Positions 63,869-64,000 of a stretch of 64,000 nucleotides of DNA are shown here, in pieces (the first letter of the stretch is position 1; every line of letters begins with the position of its first letter). Position numbers and translations under genes: made by a program. Source of the DNA: Savitreella phatthalungensis (lineage: Eukaryota); assembly GCA_051599415.1 (NCBI GenBank), contig AP039697.1, forward strand, positions 1-64,000, given 5' to 3'. Under the pieces are notes generated by a model, which worked only from the letters and a program-made list of their open reading frames with translations, had not been told where the DNA came from and made no database searches.

Positions 63869-64000
63869 CGCATTACCCCAAGAGTGGTTTAATCTTTTAC
63901 ATATATAGCTCGCTATTTAGCTCGCTTAGTTCCTTCCCACCAGGGGGCCACCTGGCCAAAATGAACGCACGGCTCCACAGCACACACATGTTCTCCCAGA

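Noticed and set aside
1..64000. tRNA, rRNA, snoRNA genes or CRISPR arrays
   Set aside because: None recognised by eye; eukaryotic context; small RNAs could be missed without covariance-model searches

Overview
Left end of a chromosome (or telomere-bearing contig) from a compact, intron-poor ascomycete. Short ~50-nt introns and a Pvg1-type gene suggest Taphrinomycotina; this is inference. The window opens with ~90 nt of non-telomeric sequence, a CCCTAA telomere array, an inner block of variant CCCTGA repeats and ~1.3 kb of CpG-depleted subtelomere. About 27 host genes follow, including STT3, RPL1, RPL17, GLE1, PPN1, PHO8, SEC59, SSD1, VRP1, LEO1 and a Zn2Cys6/GH32/MFS sugar-utilisation cluster. 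Two items stand out. (1) A contiguous four-gene Golgi glycosylation cluster at 44.9-51.8 kb (GT31, GT32-like, Pvg1-type pyruvyltransferase, TPT/NST transporter) matches the parts list for pyruvylated-galactose glycan synthesis. (2) A young, intact Ty3/gypsy chromovirus has identical 121-bp LTRs, a 5-bp TSD and a tRNA-iMet PBS. It also has a gag-pro/pol -1 frame junction with a hairpin, and no polypurine tract: that position is instead complementary to the LTR. All calls are by eye from motifs; no database searches were run.
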